Assembly: GCA_965208575.1 (NCBI GenBank)
Contig: CBDBOV010000002.1
Location: 672,001-736,000, forward strand
Reading direction: 5' to 3'
Length of the DNA: 64,000 bases
Source: Spirochaetia bacterium
GTDB taxonomy: Bacteria; Spirochaetota; Spirochaetia; SZUA-6; Bin103
Part shown: piece by piece, positions 41,336-50,223 of the stretch
How the letters are laid out: each line of letters begins with the position of its first letter
Position numbering within the stretch: the stretch's first letter is position 1
Notes under the pieces: model-generated
Databases searched by the model: none
What the model was told of the DNA's origin: nothing
Seen by the model: the letters and a program-made list of their open reading frames with translations, nothing else
Made by a program: the position numbers and the translations under genes

Positions 41336-42080
41336 TCAATCGCCGCCCCGGTGGTGCGCGAACCAGGGGATGGCGAAGCCTACCAGCGCCTGTGCGGACA
41401 GCAGCGTGCAACAGGCTTGGCCGGCCAATCCGGTGCGGGTAGTCGTGTCCTGCCGCCCAAAGGCAGCGCCTACCTCATCGAAGTCGTGTTCATCAATGTC
41501 GGGCTCGCGGTAACTCACCCATCGCCGGACCCCGTCGACCAGGACCGGCGCGCCGGCCGGCTTGGTCTCCTGGTGGTCGCCGAGCGCGCGCCGTTCGGCA
41601 AAATGCAGCATGGTGTTGGTCCGGTGCCCGACCTTGCGCCCGACCCCCAGGAGCAAGACGTGGCCACCCAAGTCGTGGACCACCGACAGAGGCGATCCTT
41701 CGCCCATCGGATCCTCAAGCCGCTGGGCGGCGACGATCGGTGCCGCGTACCGCCCGAGGGCCGCGAACGAACAGGACGGATGATTGCTGCGAACCGCATC
41801 TGGCCAGGTACGGAATAACTCCGGGATAACGCCGATGAAGGTCGTGGGAGTGACGGCGGCGTCGAACGCCGGCATCGTCGCTCGGATCATCTCCCGCCAG
41901 GCAGACGGCACCGGCGGATTCTCCCATCCCGCCGGGTCGGACAGGCCCGTGGAATGAGCGGGCATGACTATGGTGCCGGTCGTGCCTACTGCCTGCAGCA
42001 GCGCCCGGATCACGGCAACCGGCCCGCCGCAGACCCAGCCGATGGCGCTCAACGAGGAGTGGACCAGCACGACCATCCCT
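41336..42080 (-). pseudogene. AAC(3)/YokD-family N-acetyltransferase, 5'-truncated at the element boundary
   Basis: Begins at GMVVLVHSSLSAIGWVCGG; GTIVMP, RSNHPSCSF, NTMLHFAE; the usual N-terminal segment is replaced by element DNA. Confidence 0.75.
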
Positions 42081-42288
42081 CTGCACCAAAAAAACTGCAG
42101 AAAATCGGGCGCAGGGGTTGACGCACTTTTCCGCTGCCGCTGAAGGCCCCTGGCGGGCCGTGAAGTCCGGCAATGGTGTGCGCCCGTCAAGTGGCCGAAC
42201 GCGTGCCCCAGGAGCCGCCAATTCGCGCCCCACGGGCGCTTCCGGGACCGGGTCGAGGACCTGCAAAAAAGTGCTATCTACAGTCCAG

Positions 42289-42306
42289 TGGTATATTTAA
42301 GGTATG
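42289..42306 (+). promoter_or_regulatory. Extended -10 promoter (TGnTATATT) 6 nt before the ATG; probably leaderless
   Basis: TATATT at 42292-42297; same motif and spacing in copy 1 (35456-35464, minus strand); no Shine-Dalgarno sequence. Confidence 0.55.
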
Positions 42307-44811
42307 ATGAACATGACCGGCGGGACCGGCAGACGACCCTTCAGCTCACTCGGCGATCAGCAGCTCCTGGAGCAGACCCGGCGTCTGGCGGCCAACCAGC
42401 GCGGCCTCGAAGTGCACATCCTGGACCATCTCGACGAGATCGACCGTCGCGGGCTGGCGCTGCGGCGCGGGTTCTCGAGCCTGTTCGACTACGCGGTGCG
42501 GGAGTTGCTGTTCACCGATGCGGCCGCGCAACGGCGTATTCAGACCATGAGGTTGTGCCGGCGGCATGGCTGGGTGCGGGCGATGCTGCACAGCGGCGAG
42601 TTGAGTGTGACGTCGGCGGCGCAGTTGGAGACCGCGTTTGGCGCCGCCGAGCGGCAGTGCCGGAGAGCGAGCGCGACCGTCGATCAGGAGCGCTGCCAAG
42701 GTCTGCATGGGCTGCCTGCTGCGCCGGGCGAAGCGGGAGACCAGGATGGCGAAGCGTCGGGAGCGGGGATGGCCGGTGCCGCGGCGGGGACGGCATCGGC
42801 GCCGCCCGGCGTGGCCGCCGTCGACCAGGAGGCGCGGTCGCTCGGTGACGCCGGAGGCTACGGGGCCCGGCACACCGAGAGCGACCGTTGCAGCCGACCG
42901 CCGGACGAGCCGGCGGCGCGGTCGCTCGGTGACACCGGCCACGGGGACCGGCATGCGGAGAGCGACCGTTGCAGCCCATCGTCGGACGACTCGGCGGCAG
43001 TCGGTGCCCGCCCGGCAGCGGCGGGTGCGCAGCCGGTGAGCCGATTGGACTGGAGTGCCGCCACCTCGGGCGCTGCACCGGCTTCGACGGCCGCCACGCG
43101 GCACGCGCCACCGCCTGCGGCGCCGGGGCGTGTACCGCGGCCCGGGCTCACGGGCTACGAGGCGGCGGCCACGCCGGTGGTGCCGGCGGCGAGCCACGCC
43201 GCTGCGCAGCACCTCGGCGCCCGGCATGGCGATGCGCTGCCGGCACGGCGGGAGCCGAGCGGAGCCGCCTGGCACTGTCCGGCACCCGTGCGCGCTCCCG
43301 GTGTCGCCGTGGCCTCCTCGGACCAGGGCCCGGCGGCGCCACTTCCGCCGCCGACGAGTGGCGCCGAGCCGGAACCGTTGCCGGTCGTGGCCGCACCGGC
43401 GCCGTCGCGGGGTGATCGGAACCCGGAACGGTGTTCCAACCCGGAACCGTGTTCCGGCCCGAAGCGGCCCGCCGGGCCGGTGTCGGCCGCCGCGCTGCTG
43501 CACCCGCGGCGCCAGCGCGAGCTGATCGAGCAGGCCGCCGGCATGACCACGCGCCAGGTCGCCGGCCTGCTGGCCAGTGCCGCTCCCCAGGTGGTGCCGC
43601 CGCGCGACACGCTGCGCGCGGTGGCGCCGGACCGCTACACCTTGAAGGTGAGCATCGACCAGGAGTGCGAGCAGGGGCTGCGCCAACTGAAGGACCTGCT
43701 GTCGCACGTCGACCCGCGCATGTCGTGGGGGGACCTGGTGGCGCGCGTGGTGCGCGAGGCGGTGGCGCGGCACGACCCGCGCGGCGGCGGTGGCAGGCGG
43801 GGGCGTGCGGGCGGCACGGCAGCATCGTCGCGGCGGCAGCGGACCCGCACACCCTCGGTCGTGGCGGCGGCGGGCGCCGGGGAGCAACCGCGGGCCGCGA
43901 CGACCCGCAACGCTGCCGGGGTGCGCGGCGTTGCGCCCGCCGCCCCGACGGGCGGTGCAAGGGCAGTTGGCACCCGCGCAGGTGCCGCTGCTTCGGCCAC
44001 GCCCGCCGTTGCTGCGGCGCCGGAGGGTCAGAGCGCCGGCGGCGGCCCTGCCGACGGTACTGATGCCACGCCGTTCCGGGCGGCCACGGCTGCGGCGCCG
44101 CAGTTGGCCAGCGACGGCTCCGCCGACGGTGCTGATGGGACGCCGACCCGGCCCGCCACGAGTGCGGCGCCGAAGTTGGCCGGCGGCGGATCTGTCGACG
44201 GCGCTGATGCGACGCCGATCCGGTCGGCCACGGCTGCGCCGCCGAAGTTAGTCAGCGGCGGCTCCGCCGCCGGCGCTGGTGCGACGCCGACCGGGTCGGC
44301 CACGAGTGCGGCGCCGAAGTTGGTCAGCGGCGGCTCCGCCGATGGCGCTGGTGCCACGCGCATCCGGTCGGCTACGACTGCGGCGCCGAAGTTGGCCGGC
44401 GGCGGCTCCGCTGGCAGCGCTGATGCGACGCGGATCCGGCGGGCTACGGCTGCGGCGCCGAAGTTGGCCAGATGCGTGCGGCCTGTGCGTGGTGCGGGCG
44501 GCACGGCGGGGGGAGCATCGCCGCGGTGCACCCGCGATGCTCCGCTCGGCCCGCGCCGGTCGCCGCCGCGGCGCCCCATTCCGGCGGCTGTCCGGCGTCA
44601 CGTCTGGCGGCGCGACGGGGGGCGCTGCCGCTATCGGGACCCGCTCACCGGTCGCCGCTGCAATTCGTCCCACCTGCTACAGATCCACCACCTGCTGCCG
44701 GTTGCCGACGGGGGCGGCCCGGAGCCGGAGAACTTGGCTCTCGCGTGCTTGGCGCACCACCGCATGTGCCACGGCTACGGACCAGCTCCGCCGCCCGAGC
44801 CGTTGCGGTAG
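42304..44811 (+). CDS. DUF222-like N-terminus / repeat linkers / C-terminal HNH endonuclease (835 aa)
   Basis: Paralogue of 32837-35449; near-identical N-terminal, middle (RYTLKVSIDQECEQGLRQLK) and HNH domains. Confidence 0.88.
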   Translation: MMNMTGGTGRRPFSSLGDQQLLEQTRRLAANQRGLEVHILDHLDEIDRRGLALRRGFSSLFDYAVRELLFTDAAAQRRIQTMRLCRRHGWVRAMLHSGELSVTSAAQLETAFGAAERQCRRASATVDQERCQGLHGLPAAPGEAGDQDGEASGAGMAGAAAGTASAPPGVAAVDQEARSLGDAGGYGARHTESDRCSRPPDEPAARSLGDTGHGDRHAESDRCSPSSDDSAAVGARPAAAGAQPVSRLDWSAATSGAAPASTAATRHAPPPAAPGRVPRPGLTGYEAAATPVVPAASHAAAQHLGARHGDALPARREPSGAAWHCPAPVRAPGVAVASSDQGPAAPLPPPTSGAEPEPLPVVAAPAPSRGDRNPERCSNPEPCSGPKRPAGPVSAAALLHPRRQRELIEQAAGMTTRQVAGLLASAAPQVVPPRDTLRAVAPDRYTLKVSIDQECEQGLRQLKDLLSHVDPRMSWGDLVARVVREAVARHDPRGGGGRRGRAGGTAASSRRQRTRTPSVVAAAGAGEQPRAATTRNAAGVRGVAPAAPTGGARAVGTRAGAAASATPAVAAAPEGQSAGGGPADGTDATPFRAATAAAPQLASDGSADGADGTPTRPATSAAPKLAGGGSVDGADATPIRSATAAPPKLVSGGSAAGAGATPTGSATSAAPKLVSGGSADGAGATRIRSATTAAPKLAGGGSAGSADATRIRRATAAAPKLARCVRPVRGAGGTAGGASPRCTRDAPLGPRRSPPRRPIPAAVRRHVWRRDGGRCRYRDPLTGRRCNSSHLLQIHHLLPVADGGGPEPENLALACLAHHRMCHGYGPAPPPEPLR
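44035..44466 (+). repeat. 72-bp coding tandem repeat, about 6 units
   Basis: GCGCCGAAGTTGG-like motif recurs every 72 bp. Confidence 0.9.
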
Positions 44812-44972
44812 CGCTGCCTCCACGCGGTGGCCGCGTGCGGAGTTGGCCGCCCGTCGTGCGCTCCTGCAAGCTGTCTGCCGTCGATCCCGGCCATGCGAAT
44901 TCTGCCGTTTCCGGCGTTCGGACCCCACGTGGGGTTGAGCAACGGTCGGGCGGCGTGCCACGGTGACCGACG

Positions 44973-45890
44973 ATGAAGGCACGAACGATCGAATATCAAC
45001 CGGGCGGAGGGGTGCGGCTGGTGGAGACGGCGGTTGCCGATCCGGGGCCGGGCGAGGTGCAGGTGCGGGCGGCGGCGTGCGGCATCTGTGCGTGGGACCT
45101 GTACACCTACCGGCACGGCAGCGACGCCCCGAGCGCGGCGCCCGCGGGGCACGAGGGGATCGGCCGGGTGCTGAAGGTGGGTCGCGGCGTCAGCGGCCTC
45201 GCCGAGGGCGACGCGGTGGTGGCGCGCGGCTTCGCCACGGTGCACAACGTGGCCGCCGAACGCGCGCTGCGTATCCCGGATACCGACATTCCGCTCGAGC
45301 GCTGGATCGTGGAGCCGGTGAGTTGCGTGGTCACCGGTCTGGACCACACCCGCGCCCGTGCCGGCGACCGGGTGGCGGTGATCGGCTGCGGCTTCATGGG
45401 ACTGATGCTGCTGCAGGGGCTGGTTCGCTCGTGCGTCCATCACCTGGCGGCAATCGACGTGAACCGCGACCGGCTGACCCTGGCGCGCAGCTTCGGCGTG
45501 GACGCCGCCTACCATCCCGAGGACGAGGGGCTCGCCGGCGAGGAGCCGTTCGACTGCGTGGTCGATGCTTCCGGCGCGCAGGCGGGCCTCGACCTGGCGA
45601 CCGGCCTGCTCGGCCGCGGCGGCGTGCTCAACCTGTTCGGCTGGAACCACGGCCGGCCCACGTTCGCCGGCGACCGCTGGCACCTCGGCGGCTTCACGGT
45701 GGTCAACTCCGCCCCCGGTTCCCGGATCCGCGACACCTTCCCGCCCGCGATCCGGCTCATCGCCAAGCGCATCATCGACCTGGAACCGCTCATCACCCAC
45801 ACCGTCCCGCTCGACGCCTATCCCGACCTGCTCGCCCAGGTGGCGGCGGGCGACCCCGGCTACATCAAGGGGGTGGTCACTCTCGACTGA
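44973..45890 (+). CDS. Zinc-binding MDR dehydrogenase
   Basis: CGICAWD, GHEG, EP, VIGCGFMG. Confidence 0.88.
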   Translation: MKARTIEYQPGGGVRLVETAVADPGPGEVQVRAAACGICAWDLYTYRHGSDAPSAAPAGHEGIGRVLKVGRGVSGLAEGDAVVARGFATVHNVAAERALRIPDTDIPLERWIVEPVSCVVTGLDHTRARAGDRVAVIGCGFMGLMLLQGLVRSCVHHLAAIDVNRDRLTLARSFGVDAAYHPEDEGLAGEEPFDCVVDASGAQAGLDLATGLLGRGGVLNLFGWNHGRPTFAGDRWHLGGFTVVNSAPGSRIRDTFPPAIRLIAKRIIDLEPLITHTVPLDAYPDLLAQVAAGDPGYIKGVVTLD

Positions 45891-48101
45891 CGCGCGCGCC
45901 GAACAGGTACCGATACAGCATGAGCGCAAGCTGTGGATCGCGCTGCTCCAGCCGGATTCGGGCGTCCGGCGTCAGGTGCATCGTGCGGCACGTCTCGTCC
46001 GCGACCACCGACGCATCTTTCTCATGCAACGACCCGGACGGCCATACGACGCCGCCGGGGCGATACTGACTCATGCGCGCACCGTCGGCGTCGTAACCGG
46101 AAGCGCGCCCCGAGATCACCAATTGCAGACCGTCGTGCGGCGCTCCCGGCCCCTTCAGGGCGATGCCGGCGTCGTATCGGCATGCACTCGTCCACCGTTG
46201 CAGTTGCTCGGTCAGGTACTCGAAGTCGATCTGCCGCTCCAGGTAGCGGTCCAGGTCGCCGGCGGCGTGCTCCAGCAGCGCGGCGCGCCGACCGTGCGTG
46301 CGGTCTTCGTCTTCCTTCCACGCCGCGAGCACGATCTCCTCGCAGCGCTCCAGGGCGCGGTCCAGGTTCGGCTCCATCGGCAGCTCCGCGTACACGGAGG
46401 CGGACAGGTTGTGCTCGACACCGGTGCGCAAGGCCTCGGACGTCGCGCTCAGCACCACCCCCACCCCGGCCGCGTGCGCGGTCTGCATGAACCGGCACAG
46501 CACGTTCACGGCCGAGAAGTCGAAGCCGGACACTGCGGAGAAATCCAGAAGCAGACAGAGGGGACGCACCGGGCCGTGCAACTCCTGCCGGAGACGTTCG
46601 GCCAGCGGGGAGACACCGCCGAAGAACAGGTAGCCGCGCAGCCGGTAGGCGTGCACCCGCTCCCCTTCCTCCAGCAGGATGGCCCGGTCGGGCACGGGGC
46701 GCGCCTTGTTGCTGTGCCGTTCGCGCAGGGTGAACCGCGCCTCCACCGGATTGACGCCGCTGAGGCGCACCACGAAGAACACCAGGGTGGCCAGCATGCC
46801 GGCGCCGACTCCCTCCAGCAATCCGAACGCGGTGATGGCGACGAAGATCAGCACGATGATGCCGTATTCGGCCCAGGGCAGGCGGCGGCGGCTCTTCACC
46901 AGCCCCTCGTCCAGCATGCCGAGCCCGGCGAACACCAGGATCCGCCCACCAGAGCCGCCGGCACCAGCTCCAGCATGCCGTCGCCCAGGAACAGCGCGCC
47001 GCCGACCACCAGCGCGGCGACCACGCCGGTCAGCCGCGTGGCCGCTCCGAACAGCTTGCTGCGCAGCGACGCGGGCACGACGAGGGTCGCCACGGTGCCG
47101 CCGCCCAGGCCGGCGACGGCGCTGGCGACCCCCGTGACGCGAAACTCACGGTCCCAGTCCAGCTCCTGGTCGGCGGCCAGTTCCAGCCCGGCTATGTTCA
47201 GGACCACGCAGATGAAGGCCACCAGGATCAGCGTCAGCATGTGGGGAACCTGCCCGGCCAGCGCCGTCCACTCCACATGCGCCAGGTCGGCGGGGAGCAC
47301 CGAAGGCCACAGGCCGCCGTCGGCGGTGCTGGTCAGCAGCAGGCCCGCCGCCCGCGCCTCGTCGCCCGGTATCCCGAGCGAGGCGAGCGCGAGGTGGTAT
47401 CCGCCGACGGCGAGGGCGACGCTCACCGGCAGGATCAGCGGGTTGCGCCAACGCCTCATCGCCAGGTAGAGGGCGATTCCGTACACCGCTCCCGGGCTCC
47501 ATCTCCACAGCACGGAGGGTTCCAGCAGGGCGGGCAGCGCCCGCCAGTCGGGTTTCGCCCCCATCAGCGCCAGCGCCGCCAGGCACACCGCCCCGCCGAT
47601 GCCGGCGACGAATCCGCCGGCCACCGGGTAGGGGATGAAGCGCACCAGGTTGGCGAGCCGGAACCGTCCGATCAGGAGGCAGCATGCGCCGGTGGCCACC
47701 GCGCTGATCACCAGCGCGGCAACCGTGGTGACGAACAGCGCATGCCCCTCGGCGATCATGGAAAAGCCGATCGTGGCCATCACGATGACGAGCGCCGGCG
47801 ACAGCCCCGCGATCGCGCCGCGGTAGCCGCCGGCGAGCGCGATCACCAGGCACGCCGCGAAGTTCCCGAACAAGACCAGGCCGACGCCCTGGGAGGAGTA
47901 GGAAGCCAGCGGCCCGGAGAAGATGAAGCTGCCGAACGCCACCTGCGCCACCAGCAGCCCCAGGCCGGAGGTAAGGCCGGCCGACAGCGCCGCCAGCGCC
48001 CGCGCGGACGCCAGGTCGGCACGCAACTCGGACGCGAGATCCCGGATCAAGTTTCTCTTCGCTCCGGGTTCTGCTGCTGGTGAAGTGGAGGCTTGCGCCA
48101 T
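45877..48101 (-). pseudogene. SulP-family anion transporter with STAS and cNMP-binding domains, frameshifted near 46940
   Basis: Two overlapping ORFs (46896-48146, 45877-46935); adding one base restores LVGGILVFAGL; LRGYLFFG and LDFSAVSGFDFSA STAS motifs. Confidence 0.8.
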
Positions 48102-48205
48102 GCTTGTTTCTGGACGAGTGTACCGAAACAATGCCCCAAGAGGCACCGGCGGCTCAGCCGGCTCCTCTGCCTACCGCCGACCCGGCGTCGACGCTGTCAG
48201 AGCGC

Positions 48206-49078
48206 CTACTCCGGGTCGCTGCCGGTCACTTCGCGCACCAGCCGGGTCAGGTAGACGTGGGCGTCCCGGACGTAGCGCGGCAGGTTCTCGGTGTCTTCGA
48301 CCTCCAGCTCCACTGCCAGCGGGCCGTCGAAGTCGAGCGCGTGCAGCTCTTCGACATAGCCGCGCAGGTCGATCTCGCCGGTGCCCAGGGGCACCGACAC
48401 TTCACCGCGGTTGTCCTTGACGTGCAGGTTCCAGATCCGGTCGCCGTAAGCGCGGATGAAGGCGCGCCAGTCCACCTCGGAGCGGTGGAAATGGCCGGTG
48501 TCGATGGTGATGCCCACCTTCGGATGGTCGATCTCGCTGAAGATGCGGTCGAAGTCGGCGCGCACCGAGAAGTTGGAGCCGTGGTGCGGTTCCAGGGCCA
48601 GCCGCACCGGCAGATGCTCCACCAGCGGCAGCAGCCGCTTGATGCCGGCGATCGGCGCCGCCAGCCCCACCGAGCGCACCCGCGCGCGCCGCACCGGGGA
48701 ACTCAGGCTGTCGCGCTGCGCCGCCGCCTGCGCCGGAGACAGTCCGCCGGTCATCACCACCAGCGGCGACCGCAGTCCCTCGGCCAGGGCGAACACGCTC
48801 GCCATCTGCTCAGCCGCCGCTTCCGCGGTCGCCTCGGAGTCGGCCGGAAAGGCGGGCGCGTACACCTCCGTGCAGCGGCGCAGGCCGGCCGCCTGCGCCG
48901 CACCTCTCAGCCTGCCGGCATCGAGCCAGCGCGCCTCGCCGAGCGCGCGCTGCGCCACCGAGGCGATGCCCCAGGCACGGAAGCCGGCGCGCGGCGCGTA
49001 GCGGAAGCAGGCCGCGGTCTCGTCGCCGTCGATGCCGCGCGTGGCGCAGGTGGTGCAGGACAGGACGAAGCGGCTCAA
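48206..49078 (-). CDS. Sugar phosphate isomerase/epimerase (TIM barrel)
   Basis: ALEPH, DTGHF, HVKD, GTGEIDL, VELE; TTG start overlaps the upstream stop. Confidence 0.8.
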   Translation of the reverse strand: MSRFVLSCTTCATRGIDGDETAACFRYAPRAGFRAWGIASVAQRALGEARWLDAGRLRGAAQAAGLRRCTEVYAPAFPADSEATAEAAAEQMASVFALAEGLRSPLVVMTGGLSPAQAAAQRDSLSSPVRRARVRSVGLAAPIAGIKRLLPLVEHLPVRLALEPHHGSNFSVRADFDRIFSEIDHPKVGITIDTGHFHRSEVDWRAFIRAYGDRIWNLHVKDNRGEVSVPLGTGEIDLRGYVEELHALDFDGPLAVELEVEDTENLPRYVRDAHVYLTRLVREVTGSDPE

Positions 49079-50223
49079 AGGTCCACCCAGCGGCGCTCGT
49101 CGGCGGCCTTGAGCACCGCGTCGCACACCACCTGGGTGGCCTGCGCGTCGGCGAAGTCGGGACAGGTCTTGGTGCCGCTCGCCAGGCCGCCGAGGAAGTC
49201 GGCGAGCGCGTTGATGAAGGTGTGTTCGTAGCCGATCGAGCAGCCCGGCACCCACCAGTGCTCCATGTAGGGGTGGTCGGAGTCCCACACCTGGATGGTG
49301 CGCCAGCCGCGCAGGTGGCCCTCGTCTTCGTGCGTGAAGTAGCCGAGCTCATGCGCGTTCTCCAGGTTGAACGCGATCGATCCCTTCTCGCCGTTGATCT
49401 CGAAGTAGTTCTCGTTCTTGCGCCCGCGCGCGTAGCGGGTCGACTCGAAGGTGGCCATGGCGCCGTTCGCGAAGCGCGCCAGGAACGCGCAGGCGTCGTC
49501 GATCTCCACCGTGGCGCGCTTGCCCGGTTCGTCCTGCAGTTCGCGCTCCTTGATGAACGTCTCGGTGGTGGCGGCCACGCTGGCGACCGGGCCGATCATC
49601 CACATCGCGGTGTCGATCGAGTGCGCGAGCAGGTCGCCGGTGACGCCGCTGCCGGACACGCTCTTGTCCAGCCGCCACAGCGTGTTGCCGCCGAGCGGCA
49701 CGTCGGCGCTGATGGTCCAGTCCTGCAGGTAGCGCGACCGGTAGTGGAACACGCGCCCGATGCGGCCCTCGTCGACAATCTGCCTGGCCAGGGCGATGGC
49801 CGGCACGCGCCGGTAGTTGAACCACACCATGTTGGGCTTGCCGCTCGCCGCCACCGCGTCCACCAGGCGTTGCCCCTCCGCGGCGTTCATGGCCAGCGGC
49901 TTCTCGCAGGCGATGATCTTGCCGGCCGCGGCCGCCGCCGAGGCGATCTCCAGGTGCATGTTGTTGGGGGCGCAGATGTCGACCACGTCGATGTCGGGCC
50001 GCTCCACCACCCGCCGCCAGTCGGTGTCGGTCTCCTGCCAGCCCCAGTTGGCGGCGAACGCGTCGAGCTGGTCCGCCTGCCGCGCGCTGGCCACCTTCAT
50101 CACCGGCCGGTAGTCGAGGTCGAAGAAGTTGTTCACCTTGCGGTAGGCGTTGGAGTGGGCGCGGCCCATGAAGCCGTAGCCGATGATGGCGACGTTGAGC
50201 TGCTTCGTCGTGCGCCCGCTCAC
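49075..50223 (-). CDS. Gfo/Idh/MocA oxidoreductase
   Basis: IIGYGFMGRAH, CEKPLA, FNYRR, GDLLAHSID. Confidence 0.92.
   Translation of the reverse strand: MSGRTTKQLNVAIIGYGFMGRAHSNAYRKVNNFFDLDYRPVMKVASARQADQLDAFAANWGWQETDTDWRRVVERPDIDVVDICAPNNMHLEIASAAAAAGKIIACEKPLAMNAAEGQRLVDAVAASGKPNMVWFNYRRVPAIALARQIVDEGRIGRVFHYRSRYLQDWTISADVPLGGNTLWRLDKSVSGSGVTGDLLAHSIDTAMWMIGPVASVAATTETFIKERELQDEPGKRATVEIDDACAFLARFANGAMATFESTRYARGRKNENYFEINGEKGSIAFNLENAHELGYFTHEDEGHLRGWRTIQVWDSDHPYMEHWWVPGCSIGYEHTFINALADFLGGLASGTKTCPDFADAQATQVVCDAVLKAADERRWVDL

Larger units (their letters stand above)
42081..44936 (+). mobile_element. HNH-encoding repeated element, copy 2 (inverted relative to copy 1)
   Basis: Same ends as copy 1 (CTGCACCAAA... 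to ...GGACCCC-loop-GGGG); abuts the truncated aac(3)-like gene. Confidence 0.75.

Noticed and set aside
42081-42190. Element-derived ORF start (MTGAHHCRTS...) fused in frame to aac(3)
   Set aside because: TTG start without an RBS; the same frame in copy 1 (35563-35823) runs into unrelated sequence, so the fusion is probably coincidental.
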